64,000 bases of DNA from Erythrobacter sp. (GCA_019739335.1 CP073261.1:996818-1060817), one strand, 5' to 3'; shown: positions 16,237 through 25,553, counted from the first letter of the stretch. Notes: a model not told the origin generated them from the letters alone. Made by a program: numbers and translations.

Positions 16237-16567
16237 GTCGTTCTTCGTCATTGATCGCGCCCTCAAGAGCAAGAGCAATTGCCGCCCGACCTACGTGATC
16301 AGACCGAGGCATGATGCAGACCGACACTCCCAGTTCACCGTGGCGAAGCAGGCGACAATAGAAATCTTTGACCTTGAGATTGGACTCGTCAGCCTCTGCG
16401 AGGTCGTTTGCCGCGTGGAAGCATAACGCTTGAACCTCGAGGTCTCTTACGACCGTCACTGCGTAGATCCCCGGAGACCCAGCGAATGACTCGCTTTGGT
16501 GCTTCCTTCGAAAGCGAATTTGCCGACCGTCAACGGTTTGAAAATTGTTCCAAATATTCATCAACAT
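16223..16567 (-). CDS. Low-GC hypothetical protein
   Basis: GAAGGAG RBS before ATG 16567; 25/60 GC at 16501-16560. Confidence 0.5.
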   Translation of the reverse strand: MLMNIWNNFQTVDGRQIRFRRKHQSESFAGSPGIYAVTVVRDLEVQALCFHAANDLAEADESNLKVKDFYCRLLRHGELGVSVCIMPRSDHVGRAAIALALEGAINDEERHAAA

Positions 16568-16666
16568 CTCCTTCTTTGAGACGAAATGTTGAGAGCATCC
16601 TTGATTTCCAAACTCTCCCGACGCATTGTCGGGTTGCACCGAGTGGAGAGGAAACTCTCAGCTCAT

Positions 16667-16695
16667 GGCCCGGCAAGCTAGCGCTTTGCCGGGCC
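16667..16695. terminator. Stem-loop at the nrdA 3' end
   Basis: GGCCCGGCAA / TTGCCGGGCC 10-bp stem; the T-tract follows on the + strand. Confidence 0.6.
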
Positions 16696-16709
16696 TAATT
16701 TTTTCTCCC

Positions 16710-18716
16710 TCACTGGCAAGCCAGACACTCGTCATAATCCGTCGTGGGCAGTTCATAGACCGCAGCTTCGGCAGTATTGTCCGCTTCCACCCCGCCCGCA
16801 AACCCGGCGCGCTGGACCGACTTCGAACGCAGGTAATAGAGCGATTTGATGCCCTTCTCCCACGCCTGGAAGTGCAGCATCGCCAGATCCCACTTGTCGA
16901 CGTCCGCCGGGATGAACAGGTTCAACGACTGAGCCTGGTCGATGAACGGCGCACGGTCGGCGGCGAATTCGAGCAGCCAGCGCTGGTCGATCTCGAAGCT
17001 GGTCTTGTACGCCGCCTTTTCCTCGTCGCTGAGGAAATCGAGGTGCTGGACAGAGCCGCCCTTTTCCAGGATCGAATTCCACACGGTAGTGGAATTCTTG
17101 CTCTTCTTGTCGAGGATCTTTTCCAGGTAGGGGTTCTTCACCACGAAGCTGCCCGAGAGCGTCTTGTGGGTGTAGATGTTCGCCGGGATCGGCTCGATAC
17201 AGGCGCTGGTGCCGCCGCAGATGATGCTGATCGACGCGGTTGGTGCGATCGCCATCTTGCAGCTGAACCGCTCCATCGCGCCCATGTCCTCGGCATCGGG
17301 GCAGGGGCCGCGTTCCTTGGCCAGCATCATGCTCGCCTCGTCCGCCTTGGCGCTGATGTGCTTGAACATTTTCAGGTTCCACACCTTGGCCATCGTGCTT
17401 TCGAAGCCGATGCCCTTCATCTGCAGGAACGAGTGGAAACCCATGACCCCCATGCCGACCGAACGTTCGCGCATGGCGGAATACTTGGCGCGGGCCATTT
17501 CTTCCGGCGCGCGGTCGATATAGTCCTGCAGCACGTTGTCGAGGAAGCGCATCACGTCCTCGATGAACTGCTTGTCGCCTTCCCACTCTTCCCACTTCTC
17601 GAGATTGAGCGAGGACAGGCAGCAGACCGCGGTGCGATCGTTGCCGAGGTGGTCGATCCCAGTCGGCAGGGTGATTTCGCTGCACAGGTTGGAGGTCGAA
17701 ACCTTCAGCCCCAGATCGCGGTGATGCTTGGGCATCATCCGGTTCACCGTGTCGGAGAAGACGATATAGGGCTCGCCCGTGGCCAACCGGGTTTCGACCA
17801 GCTTCTGGAACAGCGCGCGCGCATCCACCGTCTTGCGCACCGAACCGTCCTTGGGGCTGAGGAGATCGAAGCTCTCCCCGGCGCGCACCGCTTCCATGAA
17901 TTTATCGGTCAGCAGCACGCCGTGGTGCAGGTTCAGCGCCTTGCGGTTGAAATCGCCGGAGGGTTTGCGGATTTCGAGGAATTCCTCGATTTCCGGGTGG
18001 TGCACGTCGATGTAGCAGGCGGCCGATCCGCGCCGCAGCGAACCCTGGCTGATCGCCAGCGTCAGGCTGTCCATCACCCGCACAAAAGGAATGATGCCGC
18101 TGGTCTTGCCGTTCAGCCCCACCGGTTCGCCGATGCCGCGCACATTGCCCCAGTAGGTGCCGATGCCGCCGCCCTTGCTGGCGAGCCAGACGTTCTCGTT
18201 CCAGGTGCCGACGATGCCGTCGAGGCTGTCGCTGACCGAGTTCAGGTAGCACGAAATCGGTAGCCCGCGGGTGGTGCCGCCATTGGACAGCACCGGAGTG
18301 GCGGGCATGAACCAGAGGTTGGAAATGTAGTCGTAGAGCCGCTGCGCGTGTTCGGCATCGTCGGCATAGGCATCGGCGACGCGGGCGAACAGATCCTGAT
18401 AGGACTCGCCCGGAAGCAGGTAGCGGTCCTTGAGCGTTTCACGGCCGAAATCGGTGAGATTGGCGTCACGCGACGAATCGGTCTGCACGTCGAACCGGCG
18501 GGCCTGGATGGTCTTGGAATCACTCTTCGATGCTGCCGCCGCCGTGGCGACTGCCGCCAGCGCCCCGGCGCTCGCCTGCGCCACCAGCGCTTCCGAAGCC
18601 ATATCCTTGGTATCCATGCTTACTGCCTTTGAAGGCTCCACAGGATCATTACCGACGGAGCTTACATGCGACTGATCAGGTGACATTGATTGGCGATCAT
18701 TCGCTGAAAATTCCAT
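16710..18716 (-). CDS. nrdA: Ribonucleoside-diphosphate reductase class Ia alpha subunit (no obvious ATP cone)
   Basis: PATPVLSN, PISCY, SNLCSEI (radical Cys), AIAPTASIS, IDQAQS, LYYLRS, C-terminal CLACQ. Confidence 0.97.
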   Translation of the reverse strand: MEFSANDRQSMSPDQSHVSSVGNDPVEPSKAVSMDTKDMASEALVAQASAGALAAVATAAAASKSDSKTIQARRFDVQTDSSRDANLTDFGRETLKDRYLLPGESYQDLFARVADAYADDAEHAQRLYDYISNLWFMPATPVLSNGGTTRGLPISCYLNSVSDSLDGIVGTWNENVWLASKGGGIGTYWGNVRGIGEPVGLNGKTSGIIPFVRVMDSLTLAISQGSLRRGSAACYIDVHHPEIEEFLEIRKPSGDFNRKALNLHHGVLLTDKFMEAVRAGESFDLLSPKDGSVRKTVDARALFQKLVETRLATGEPYIVFSDTVNRMMPKHHRDLGLKVSTSNLCSEITLPTGIDHLGNDRTAVCCLSSLNLEKWEEWEGDKQFIEDVMRFLDNVLQDYIDRAPEEMARAKYSAMRERSVGMGVMGFHSFLQMKGIGFESTMAKVWNLKMFKHISAKADEASMMLAKERGPCPDAEDMGAMERFSCKMAIAPTASISIICGGTSACIEPIPANIYTHKTLSGSFVVKNPYLEKILDKKSKNSTTVWNSILEKGGSVQHLDFLSDEEKAAYKTSFEIDQRWLLEFAADRAPFIDQAQSLNLFIPADVDKWDLAMLHFQAWEKGIKSLYYLRSKSVQRAGFAGGVEADNTAEAAVYELPTTDYDECLACQ

Positions 18717-18835
18717 ATGGAAGTCCTCTTTCTCTTGCCTATTTTCACTCTGTTAGAACAGGCACGAGTCAGACTGACCCGAAAAGCGATATCGCTTTTC
18801 GGGCTGGATCACCCCTAATCAAACGTCGATCTGCC

Positions 18836-18883
18836 CTACACAATCTTGCGTGCGGAAGTAGCCGTTCACACAAGCGATTGTGG
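18836..18883. promoter_or_regulatory. Tandem NrdR-box-like pair upstream of nrdA
   Basis: CTACACAATCTTGCGT (18836-18851) and ACACAAGCGATTGTGG (18868-18883), 32 bp apart. Confidence 0.65.
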
Positions 18884-18947
18884 TTAGAGTCGATGTAAGG
18901 TTGATTGTCAATCTGACGGAAACAGGAAATTTCGATCAAAATGCCGG

Positions 18948-19133
18948 CTAAAACGGGCAGGTGTCAGGGGCTGAATCGCCGGACCACGGCAGAATCTCGT
19001 CGTCTGCGTAATTCTCGTTAATGACCGACATCCATTTTTGCCTGAATTTTGGAACGTGAATATCCACAACCCAGATTAGCCGATTCACATAACCCGCTAT
19101 CTCAACCGGCGGTCTGCGATTCCAAGAGCCCAT
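18948..19133 (-). CDS. Possible 61-aa hypothetical protein between two NrdR-box pairs
   Basis: AAAGGA-N6-ATG; no recognisable domain. Confidence 0.3.
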   Translation of the reverse strand: MGSWNRRPPVEIAGYVNRLIWVVDIHVPKFRQKWMSVINENYADDEILPWSGDSAPDTCPF

Positions 19134-19153
19134 TTGCTGTCCTTTGCAAAATT

Positions 19154-19211
19154 ACACAAGATGTTGGGCCTCGCACCTTCAAACAGGCTTGGCGACCACA
19201 ATCCATAGTGA
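19154..19211. promoter_or_regulatory. Second NrdR-box-like pair
   Basis: ACACAAGATGTTGGGC (19154-19169; core fits CwAnATnTwG) and CCACAATCCATAGTGA (19196-19211), 42 bp apart. Confidence 0.55.
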
Positions 19212-19238
19212 ATAGGGAGGGGCCGGGGCGCAAGAGGG

Positions 19239-19254
19239 TTAAGTCGGCTTTAAC
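19239..19254. promoter_or_regulatory. CtrA binding site
   Basis: Exact TTAA-GTCGGCT-TTAAC (TTAA-N7-TTAAC). Confidence 0.7.
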
Positions 19255-19544
19255 ATGCGACCGTGCCTGATTCTGTCGCTGTATTGCCGGGCCAACACGC
19301 CGCGACGTGTGGAATTCCCACGGCTGGTGGGCTGCGCAAGGGGCAAAATGCAGCGGGGGAAAAATTCTCCGGCGTTGCGCGATTGCGATTCTTTGTGTGC
19401 CAGCGGGGAATCAATGGAATCGGGCAGCGCAACAAAGCTGCGAAATGTTCACCCGGCTTTTACCCGTGCTGGACGAAAGGCTGCCGGGCAGGCACTATGC
19501 CGGCACGAGATCGACGGCTCAATCGCAGATTACGGGGGCGCAGC

Positions 19545-19766
19545 ATGATCGCTTTCATCAAGGCCATTCCCTTTGGCATATTGCTGACCATTCTGGTCGC
19601 CCTGTTCATGGGCTCGGGCGGCGCGACCGGCGGGATGCTCAATATCTTCCGCGTGGACGTGGACTATCCCACACTGTGGCTCGATTTCAGCTTTTACTGG
19701 AGCTGGATGCTGTTCCTCGGCGGAACCGGGCTGGCGTTCGTGTTCATGCTGATGATGGGGGATTAG
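19545..19766 (+). CDS. Small 2-TM membrane protein (73 aa)
   Basis: MIAFIKAIPFGILLTILVALFMGSGG...FYWSWMLF; GGGGG upstream. Confidence 0.7.
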   Translation: MIAFIKAIPFGILLTILVALFMGSGGATGGMLNIFRVDVDYPTLWLDFSFYWSWMLFLGGTGLAFVFMLMMGD

Positions 19767-19771
19767 ATCCA

Positions 19772-20317
19772 TCAGTGCATGATTGTTCCGGCGGGAACAC
19801 CGGATGTACCGAAGATGTGGCTATCGCCTTCCATGTACATTGTGATCTGCACCTTGTCGCTGAGCCAACGGAAACTCTGGCTGTTCAGTTCCAAACCGGG
19901 AACGTAGAGTTGATGGAATTTTGACCCGGCAAAAGTTTGGGTGGTGTCGATCGTTTCCAGGACATGACCTTCGTAAGTGCGCTGCTGAGGCCTGGACAGG
20001 CCCGTCCAAGCACGCAAATCGGTGAGCAACCGAACGCTAACCATAACACGCATTGTGCTGTATGAATGCAGGACGGAAGCCAGCAGCCGGGCAGCGTGCG
20101 TTGACGGGATACCTTTCTCGCTCGCGTAGCCGTCGATAATCGCAAACTGTTTGGCCGATATCCACCAAGTGCCGGATTTTGCTTTCTCGAAAGTATCTCC
20201 GAAGCGGTACAGGCGAGTGCCCGCCTGAAGGGACGTTGGCTGAGGGGCAACAATGCCCTTGGCAACATCAGTGCGATGTTTTTGGTCGTTAAAATCGGTC
20301 TCGTTCACAAATGGCAT
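19772..20317 (-). CDS. Low-GC hypothetical protein, possible ART/TNT-like fold
   Basis: RLYRFG...GTWW...AWTGLSRPQ...QLYVPG; 29/60 GC at 19861-19920; GGGGGA RBS. Confidence 0.6.
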   Translation of the reverse strand: MPFVNETDFNDQKHRTDVAKGIVAPQPTSLQAGTRLYRFGDTFEKAKSGTWWISAKQFAIIDGYASEKGIPSTHAARLLASVLHSYSTMRVMVSVRLLTDLRAWTGLSRPQQRTYEGHVLETIDTTQTFAGSKFHQLYVPGLELNSQSFRWLSDKVQITMYMEGDSHIFGTSGVPAGTIMH

Positions 20318-20360
20318 GACAATTCCCCCCTTTGTCCTTCCGTAGTCTACTATTCTCTGT

Positions 20361-21959
20361 TCAAGGCACCAGCACCGTATCCACCGCCACTGCGTCGGTC
20401 TCCGGATAATCGAGCGTATAGTGCAGCCCCCTACTCTCGTGCCGCCGCAGCGCGCACTGCACGATCAGGTCGGCGCACTGGTGGAGGTTCCTGAGTTCGA
20501 TCAGGTCGGTCGTCACCCGGAAATGGCCGTAATAGTCGGCGATCTCGCTCGCCAGCAGGTCGATGCGGTGTTTGGCGCGTTCGAGCCGTTTGGTGGTGCG
20601 GACGATGCCGACATAGTTCCACATCATCCGCCGGATTTCGGTCCAGTTCTGCTTGATGACTACTTCCTCGTCCGAATCGGTCACCCGGCTTTCGTCCCAC
20701 TCGCGCACTAGCGGGGGGGCTTCGAAGCTGTCCCAGCGCGTGAGAATATGCTGCGCCGCCGCCTCGCCGAACACGAAGCATTCGAGCAGCGAGTTCGATG
20801 CCAGCCGGTTCGCGCCGTGCAGCCCACTTTCGGTGCATTCGCCCGCCGCATAGAGCCCCGGCAGGTCGGTGCGGCCATCGAGATCGATCACCACGCCGCC
20901 GCAGGTATAGTGCTGCGCAGGAACCACCGGGATCGGCTGCGTGGTCATGTCGATGCCGAGGCCGATCAGCTTTTCGTAGATGTTGGGGAAATGCTCGCGG
21001 ACGAATTCCGGCGGCTGGTGGCTGATGTCGAGATGGACGTAATCGAGGCCGTAGCGCTTGATCTGGTCGTCGATCGCGCGGGCAACCACATCGCGCGGGG
21101 CCAGTTCCATCCGTTCAGGATCGTAATCGGCCATGAAGCGGTGGCCGGTTTCGGGATGGTAGAGCCGCCCGCCCTCGCCGCGCACGGCCTCGGTGATGAG
21201 GAAGTTCTTGACCTCCAGATTGTACAGGCAGGTGGGGTGGAACTGCATCATCTCCATGTTGGAAACTCGCGCCCCCGCACGCCAGGCCATCGCGATCCCG
21301 TCCCCCGTCGCCCCGCGCGGAGAAGTGCTGAACTGATACACGCGCCCCGCGCCGCCCGCCGCCAGGATCGTCGCCCGCGCGGTATAGGCCACCACCTTGC
21401 CGCTCGCGCTGTCGAGCGCATAGGCGCCCCAGACCCGGCCCGAACCCGAATAGCGCTCCTCGTTGCGCCCGGTGATCAGATCGACGCAGCTCTGTTCGGG
21501 CAGCAGGGTTATGTTGGGATTTTCCTCCGCCGCCTTCAGCAGCGCCGCCTGCACTGCCCAGCCGGTCGCGTCGTTCACATGGACGATGCGGCGATGCGAA
21601 TGCCCGCCTTCGCGCGTGAGGTGGAGGTCGCCGCCTTCCTCGATCCGCTCACGGTTGAACGGCACGCCCAGTTCGCACAGCCGGTCAATCGCGGCAGGGG
21701 CGCGCTCGATGACCATTTCCACCGTCGCCAGATCGTTCAGCCCCGCCCCGGCGACCATCGTGTCGCGGATGTGATCCTCGAACGTATCACCTGCATCGAG
21801 CACGGCAGCGATCCCGCCCTGCGCCCATGCGGTCGAACCGGAGTTGAGCGGGCCCTTTGCCAGCACCAGCACCTGGAGCTTCGTCGCCAGGGTGAGCGCG
21901 GCGGTGAGACCGGCGGCGCCGGAACCAATGATGAGGACGTCGTATTCGCTTGCCGCCAT
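20361..21959 (-). CDS. nadB: L-aspartate oxidase
   Basis: GSGAAG, STAWAQGGIA, EGGHSHRRIVH, QFHPT, HYTCGG, GLHGANRLASNSLLE. Confidence 0.97.
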   Translation of the reverse strand: MAASEYDVLIIGSGAAGLTAALTLATKLQVLVLAKGPLNSGSTAWAQGGIAAVLDAGDTFEDHIRDTMVAGAGLNDLATVEMVIERAPAAIDRLCELGVPFNRERIEEGGDLHLTREGGHSHRRIVHVNDATGWAVQAALLKAAEENPNITLLPEQSCVDLITGRNEERYSGSGRVWGAYALDSASGKVVAYTARATILAAGGAGRVYQFSTSPRGATGDGIAMAWRAGARVSNMEMMQFHPTCLYNLEVKNFLITEAVRGEGGRLYHPETGHRFMADYDPERMELAPRDVVARAIDDQIKRYGLDYVHLDISHQPPEFVREHFPNIYEKLIGLGIDMTTQPIPVVPAQHYTCGGVVIDLDGRTDLPGLYAAGECTESGLHGANRLASNSLLECFVFGEAAAQHILTRWDSFEAPPLVREWDESRVTDSDEEVVIKQNWTEIRRMMWNYVGIVRTTKRLERAKHRIDLLASEIADYYGHFRVTTDLIELRNLHQCADLIVQCALRRHESRGLHYTLDYPETDAVAVDTVLVP

Positions 21960-21960
21960 C

Positions 21961-22893
21961 TCACCCCGCCCCGGTCAACTGCACGAATACATCTTCGAGG
22001 TCCGCCTCGCGTGTCGTCACGTCCTCGATGCCATAGCCGTGCTGCTGGATCAGTGCCAACACCTGCCCCGCGCTGGCAGCATCGCGGTTATAAGTGACTT
22101 CGAGCACCCGGTCCTCGATCACCTCGGCCTTGGTGAAGGCCGCTTCCATAATCGGGCCGGCGAGGTCCTTGTCCAGCGTGACGCGGACAATCTTCTCGCG
22201 CGCCATGCCCACCAGTTCGCGGGTGGTCTTGTTGGCGATCACCTTCCCCTTGTCGATAATGGCGATGCGCTCGCAAAGCTGCTCGGCCTCTTCGAGGTAG
22301 TGGGTAGTCAGCACCACCGTCACCCCCTCGCCGTTCAGTTGCTGCACCAGTTCCCACAGCTGGCGGCGCAGTTCCACGTCCACCCCGGCCGTCGGCTCGT
22401 CCAGCACCAGGATCGGTGGCGAATGGACCATGGCCTTGGCAATCAGCAGTCGCCGCTTCATCCCGCCCGAAAGCGTTCGGGCATAGGCGTTGCGCTTGTC
22501 CTCCAGCCGCACCGCGCGCAGCAGGTCCTCGCTGCGGCGCAGCGTCTTGGCGATGCCGTACATACCGGCCTGGTTTTCCAGCACTTCGAACGGGGTGAAG
22601 AACGGATCGAAGACGATTTCCTGCGGCACGATGCCGATGTTGAGTTTCGCATTGCGATGGTCGGCATCGATATCATGGCCCCAGATCTTCACCGTCCCGC
22701 CGGTCTTGTTCACCAGCCCGGCCATGATGTTGATCAGGGTGGACTTGCCCGCGCCGTTCGGACCGAGCAGTCCGAACACCTGCCCCTGCGGCACATCGAA
22801 ACTCACCCCGTCGAGCGCCAGCTTGGGCGGGGCTTTTTTGCTCCCGGCATAGGTCTTGCGCAGGTCGCGGATTTCAATTGCGGCTTCGGTCAT
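21961..22893 (-). CDS. ABC transporter ATP-binding protein (drug-export/YadG-like)
   Basis: GPNGAGKS, LSGGM, LDEPT, TTHY. Confidence 0.92.
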   Translation of the reverse strand: MTEAAIEIRDLRKTYAGSKKAPPKLALDGVSFDVPQGQVFGLLGPNGAGKSTLINIMAGLVNKTGGTVKIWGHDIDADHRNAKLNIGIVPQEIVFDPFFTPFEVLENQAGMYGIAKTLRRSEDLLRAVRLEDKRNAYARTLSGGMKRRLLIAKAMVHSPPILVLDEPTAGVDVELRRQLWELVQQLNGEGVTVVLTTHYLEEAEQLCERIAIIDKGKVIANKTTRELVGMAREKIVRVTLDKDLAGPIMEAAFTKAEVIEDRVLEVTYNRDAASAGQVLALIQQHGYGIEDVTTREADLEDVFVQLTGAG

Positions 22894-22949
22894 ATCGACG
22901 TGCTCTTAGGGGCTTTTCCAGCCCTGCGTAAAGCGATAGGAGCGCGGGA

Positions 22950-23192
22950 ATGGAACAGGCACCACAAACCACTCTTGTCGAAACCGATCGCGTCTGGTGC
23001 GATGGCGCCGGGGACATTCGCGGCGGTGCGAATTATCTGCCCGCCAGCCTCGGCCACCCGCGCGTCTGGATGCAGATCGACGAGAAAGGGTATGTCGATT
23101 GCGGCTATTGCGACCGGCGCTTCGTGCTGAAGGGCGGTCCGGCAGACGGGGGCGATGCACCCGATGTGACCGCCGCGGGAGCCGCTGCCTAG
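22950..23192 (+). CDS. zf-CHCC zinc-finger protein
   Basis: VWCDG...GHPRVW...CGYC. Confidence 0.88.
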   Translation: MEQAPQTTLVETDRVWCDGAGDIRGGANYLPASLGHPRVWMQIDEKGYVDCGYCDRRFVLKGGPADGGDAPDVTAAGAAA

Positions 23193-23256
23193 GCCGCTTG
23201 CGGTCAGCCTGCGTTCAGTGATATCCTGCTAGGCCACGGCAAACAGGAGAATCGTC

Positions 23257-23658
23257 ATGAAAATACCGATGATTGCCGCAGCTGCCACCGCTGCACTCGC
23301 GCTGGCCGTTCCCGCGTCCGCGCAGGATCGGGCCGAACGTGCCGAAGCTGCCTTTGCCGAGCTGGTCGATGGCCGGGTTGCTGGCGAACCGCAGTCTTGC
23401 ATCAATACCTTCAACAGCAACCGCCTGCGGGTGGTCGAGCGCGTGGGCCTTGCCTATCGTGACGGCGACACGCTGTGGGTCGCGCGGGCCAGCAATCCCG
23501 AAGACCTGGGCGCGTGGGACGTGCCGATCATCGAACGTCACGGCAGCCGCCTGTGCCGCCACGACGTGATGCGCACGATTGATCGCGGTTCGGGCTTCTT
23601 CACCGGAAACCTGTTCCTGGGTGATTTCGTGCCCTACACCGAGGTGGCCGAAGGCTGA
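23257..23658 (+). CDS. Exported hypothetical protein
   Basis: Signal peptide ending PASA; GRVAGEPQSCI...RLC; CAGGAG RBS. Confidence 0.8.
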   Translation: MKIPMIAAAATAALALAVPASAQDRAERAEAAFAELVDGRVAGEPQSCINTFNSNRLRVVERVGLAYRDGDTLWVARASNPEDLGAWDVPIIERHGSRLCRHDVMRTIDRGSGFFTGNLFLGDFVPYTEVAEG

Positions 23659-23665
23659 TCCACGG

Positions 23666-24220
23666 GTGAGCGGGGCACAGCGGCGCTGGGCCGGGGAACT
23701 GCTGCACTTCTGGTTCCATCGCCTGACCCCGCGTGCCTGGTTCGGCGGATCGGCGGAACTGGACAGAGAAATCGAAAAGCGCTTCCGGCCAGAGCTGGAG
23801 GCGCTTTTTCTTATGCCGCCCGCCAGCTTTACCGCCACGCCCGCCGAAGCATTGGCGGCGGTGCTGTTGTTCGACCAGGTGCCGCGCAATTTATTTCGCG
23901 GAACCCCGCGCGCCTTCGCCACCGATCCGCTCGCTTGCGCAATTACCCGTCAGGCGCTGGATCTGGGTTTCGACTCGGCGCTTACAGGAGAGCAGGCGCA
24001 ATTTCTCGCGATGCCGCTGATGCACAGCGAGCATATCGCCGATCAGCGGCTATCGCTGAAAGTGTTCCGGCGCATCAATAGTGGCAGCAATCTCGCCTTT
24101 GCGCGCAGCCATTACCGGATGATAGCCCGCTTCAGCCGCTTCCCGCATCGTAATAAGGTACTCGCTCGCCGAAGCACTCCTGCGGAAAAGCGCGCGGTGG
24201 AAGCGGGATTTGCCTGGTGA
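23666..24220 (+). CDS. DUF924 family protein
   Basis: LLFDQVPRNLFRG, FLAMPLMHSE, RFPHRNKVL; GTG start inferred. Confidence 0.88.
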   Translation: MSGAQRRWAGELLHFWFHRLTPRAWFGGSAELDREIEKRFRPELEALFLMPPASFTATPAEALAAVLLFDQVPRNLFRGTPRAFATDPLACAITRQALDLGFDSALTGEQAQFLAMPLMHSEHIADQRLSLKVFRRINSGSNLAFARSHYRMIARFSRFPHRNKVLARRSTPAEKRAVEAGFAW

Positions 24221-24223
24221 CGC

Positions 24224-25012
24224 TCAGCCCTTCGGCTTGACCAGCTTCTCCGGTCGCCGCCGCTGCGCCTCGCCGAACAGGCCATAGGTCTTGTTGACGT
24301 AATTCGACACGTCGATGATCGAATCGAGAAAGGTGGTCAGTTCCGGCGTCAGTTCCTGTTCGACCAGCCGAACCCGCGCCGAGGGATTCTCTGTCTCGAA
24401 CGAAACATAGAACCACGGCTCCCCGCGCGTCAGCTTGAGCGGCTGGGAGAGGTCGTACCATTCGAACGCCCAGGCCAGCGGGCGCGGCCAGATGTGGACC
24501 GGGAACCGCCCGCCCATCGCCACCCCGGGGCGCGCCTGCGGGAACCAGTGCAGGTAGGGCGCGGTCTGCACGACGTAGCACGGCTGGTCCGCCACGAAGA
24601 CATAGGGCGCAGTGAATTGCAGGATCGGGCGATCGGGATGCCGCCATTCGCTCGGCGGCTGCAACTGGAACAGATTCGCCCGCCCCTGCGGCCGCATCGC
24701 CGATTGCTCGCCATCGGCGTCGGTCAGCTGCAATTGTCCCTGCCCATTGCGCACGAAGGCGAGTTCCAGATCGACCGGGCAGGGAATGACGAAATGCCGC
24801 CGGTCGAAATCGATCGCCGCCGGGCAGGCCTGAATAGACTTGGCACTGGCGCTCTTGGGATCGGTGCGTGCGAAGGCCTTGGGCGGGCCCCAGATCGAGC
24901 CGCCTGCCCCGGGCCAGCGGACCGTCCAGCCGACCGTGACCGTGCGGCCCTTGCCGCGTTCCTCGGCCTCGGAGGCGCCTGCATCTTCGGCGAAATAGTC
25001 GTCCCAGCTCAT
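24224..25012 (-). CDS. Hypothetical protein, possible dUTPase-like/DUF6065-related beta fold
   Basis: SIQACPA...FVIPCP, RGEPW; assignment is tentative. Confidence 0.65.
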   Translation of the reverse strand: MSWDDYFAEDAGASEAEERGKGRTVTVGWTVRWPGAGGSIWGPPKAFARTDPKSASAKSIQACPAAIDFDRRHFVIPCPVDLELAFVRNGQGQLQLTDADGEQSAMRPQGRANLFQLQPPSEWRHPDRPILQFTAPYVFVADQPCYVVQTAPYLHWFPQARPGVAMGGRFPVHIWPRPLAWAFEWYDLSQPLKLTRGEPWFYVSFETENPSARVRLVEQELTPELTTFLDSIIDVSNYVNKTYGLFGEAQRRRPEKLVKPKG

Positions 25013-25097
25013 GGACGCGGCAATCGCCTGAATCGCCTTATCATGCAAGGCCGCGCGGAGTTGCACCAAGCAACGCGCGCGGCCTCGAAGGCTCTAC

Positions 25098-25553
25098 TTA
25101 ATTGTCGTCGTCGCGCAGCTGGCCGCGGATCGCGCCGTTGGGATACTGTGCTGTGTGGACGTTGACGTAAAAATCCTGCGGATTGCCGTCGAGCCGGTTC
25201 TGTGTCCATTCGGCGGCATCGGTGCAGCCGGTATATGTCCCTTCGTTCGACGCGCGCAGCGGGAACACCGGCGGGCCGTTCGTTCCTGCCCTACCGAAGT
25301 GGATATGCGCGGCAGTAATAGGCCCGATGTTGCGGATGTTGTTCAGGTCCCAGCAGACCTGGTCGGTTTCGTCGGAGAAGGAAATCTCCGCTTCACCTGC
25401 GCCATCGGTATCCCCGCCGCCGACTTCGGCAGCTCCGGTGAGCGTGGCGTAATAGGTTTCGGCGACTTCCTCGGCGACACTCTCTTCGAGCGTGGCACAG
25501 CCGGACAAGGCGATAATGGCAGCGCTAGCGGCCAGACTTGCAGCAATTTTCAT
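25098..25553 (-). CDS. CHRD-domain lipoprotein
   Basis: ALSGC lipobox; LTGAAEV, AAHIHFG, FYVNVHTAQYPNGAIRGQL. Confidence 0.9.
   Translation of the reverse strand: MKIAASLAASAAIIALSGCATLEESVAEEVAETYYATLTGAAEVGGGDTDGAGEAEISFSDETDQVCWDLNNIRNIGPITAAHIHFGRAGTNGPPVFPLRASNEGTYTGCTDAAEWTQNRLDGNPQDFYVNVHTAQYPNGAIRGQLRDDDN

Noticed and set aside
16710-18716. Intein or intron in nrdA, or in gyrB
   Set aside because: Reading frames are continuous and of normal length, with no intein motifs.
19263-19544. N-terminal extension of the 19545 protein, or a riboswitch in this interval
   Set aside because: The extension is compositionally non-protein-like, and I could not recognise any riboswitch consensus (including cobalamin).
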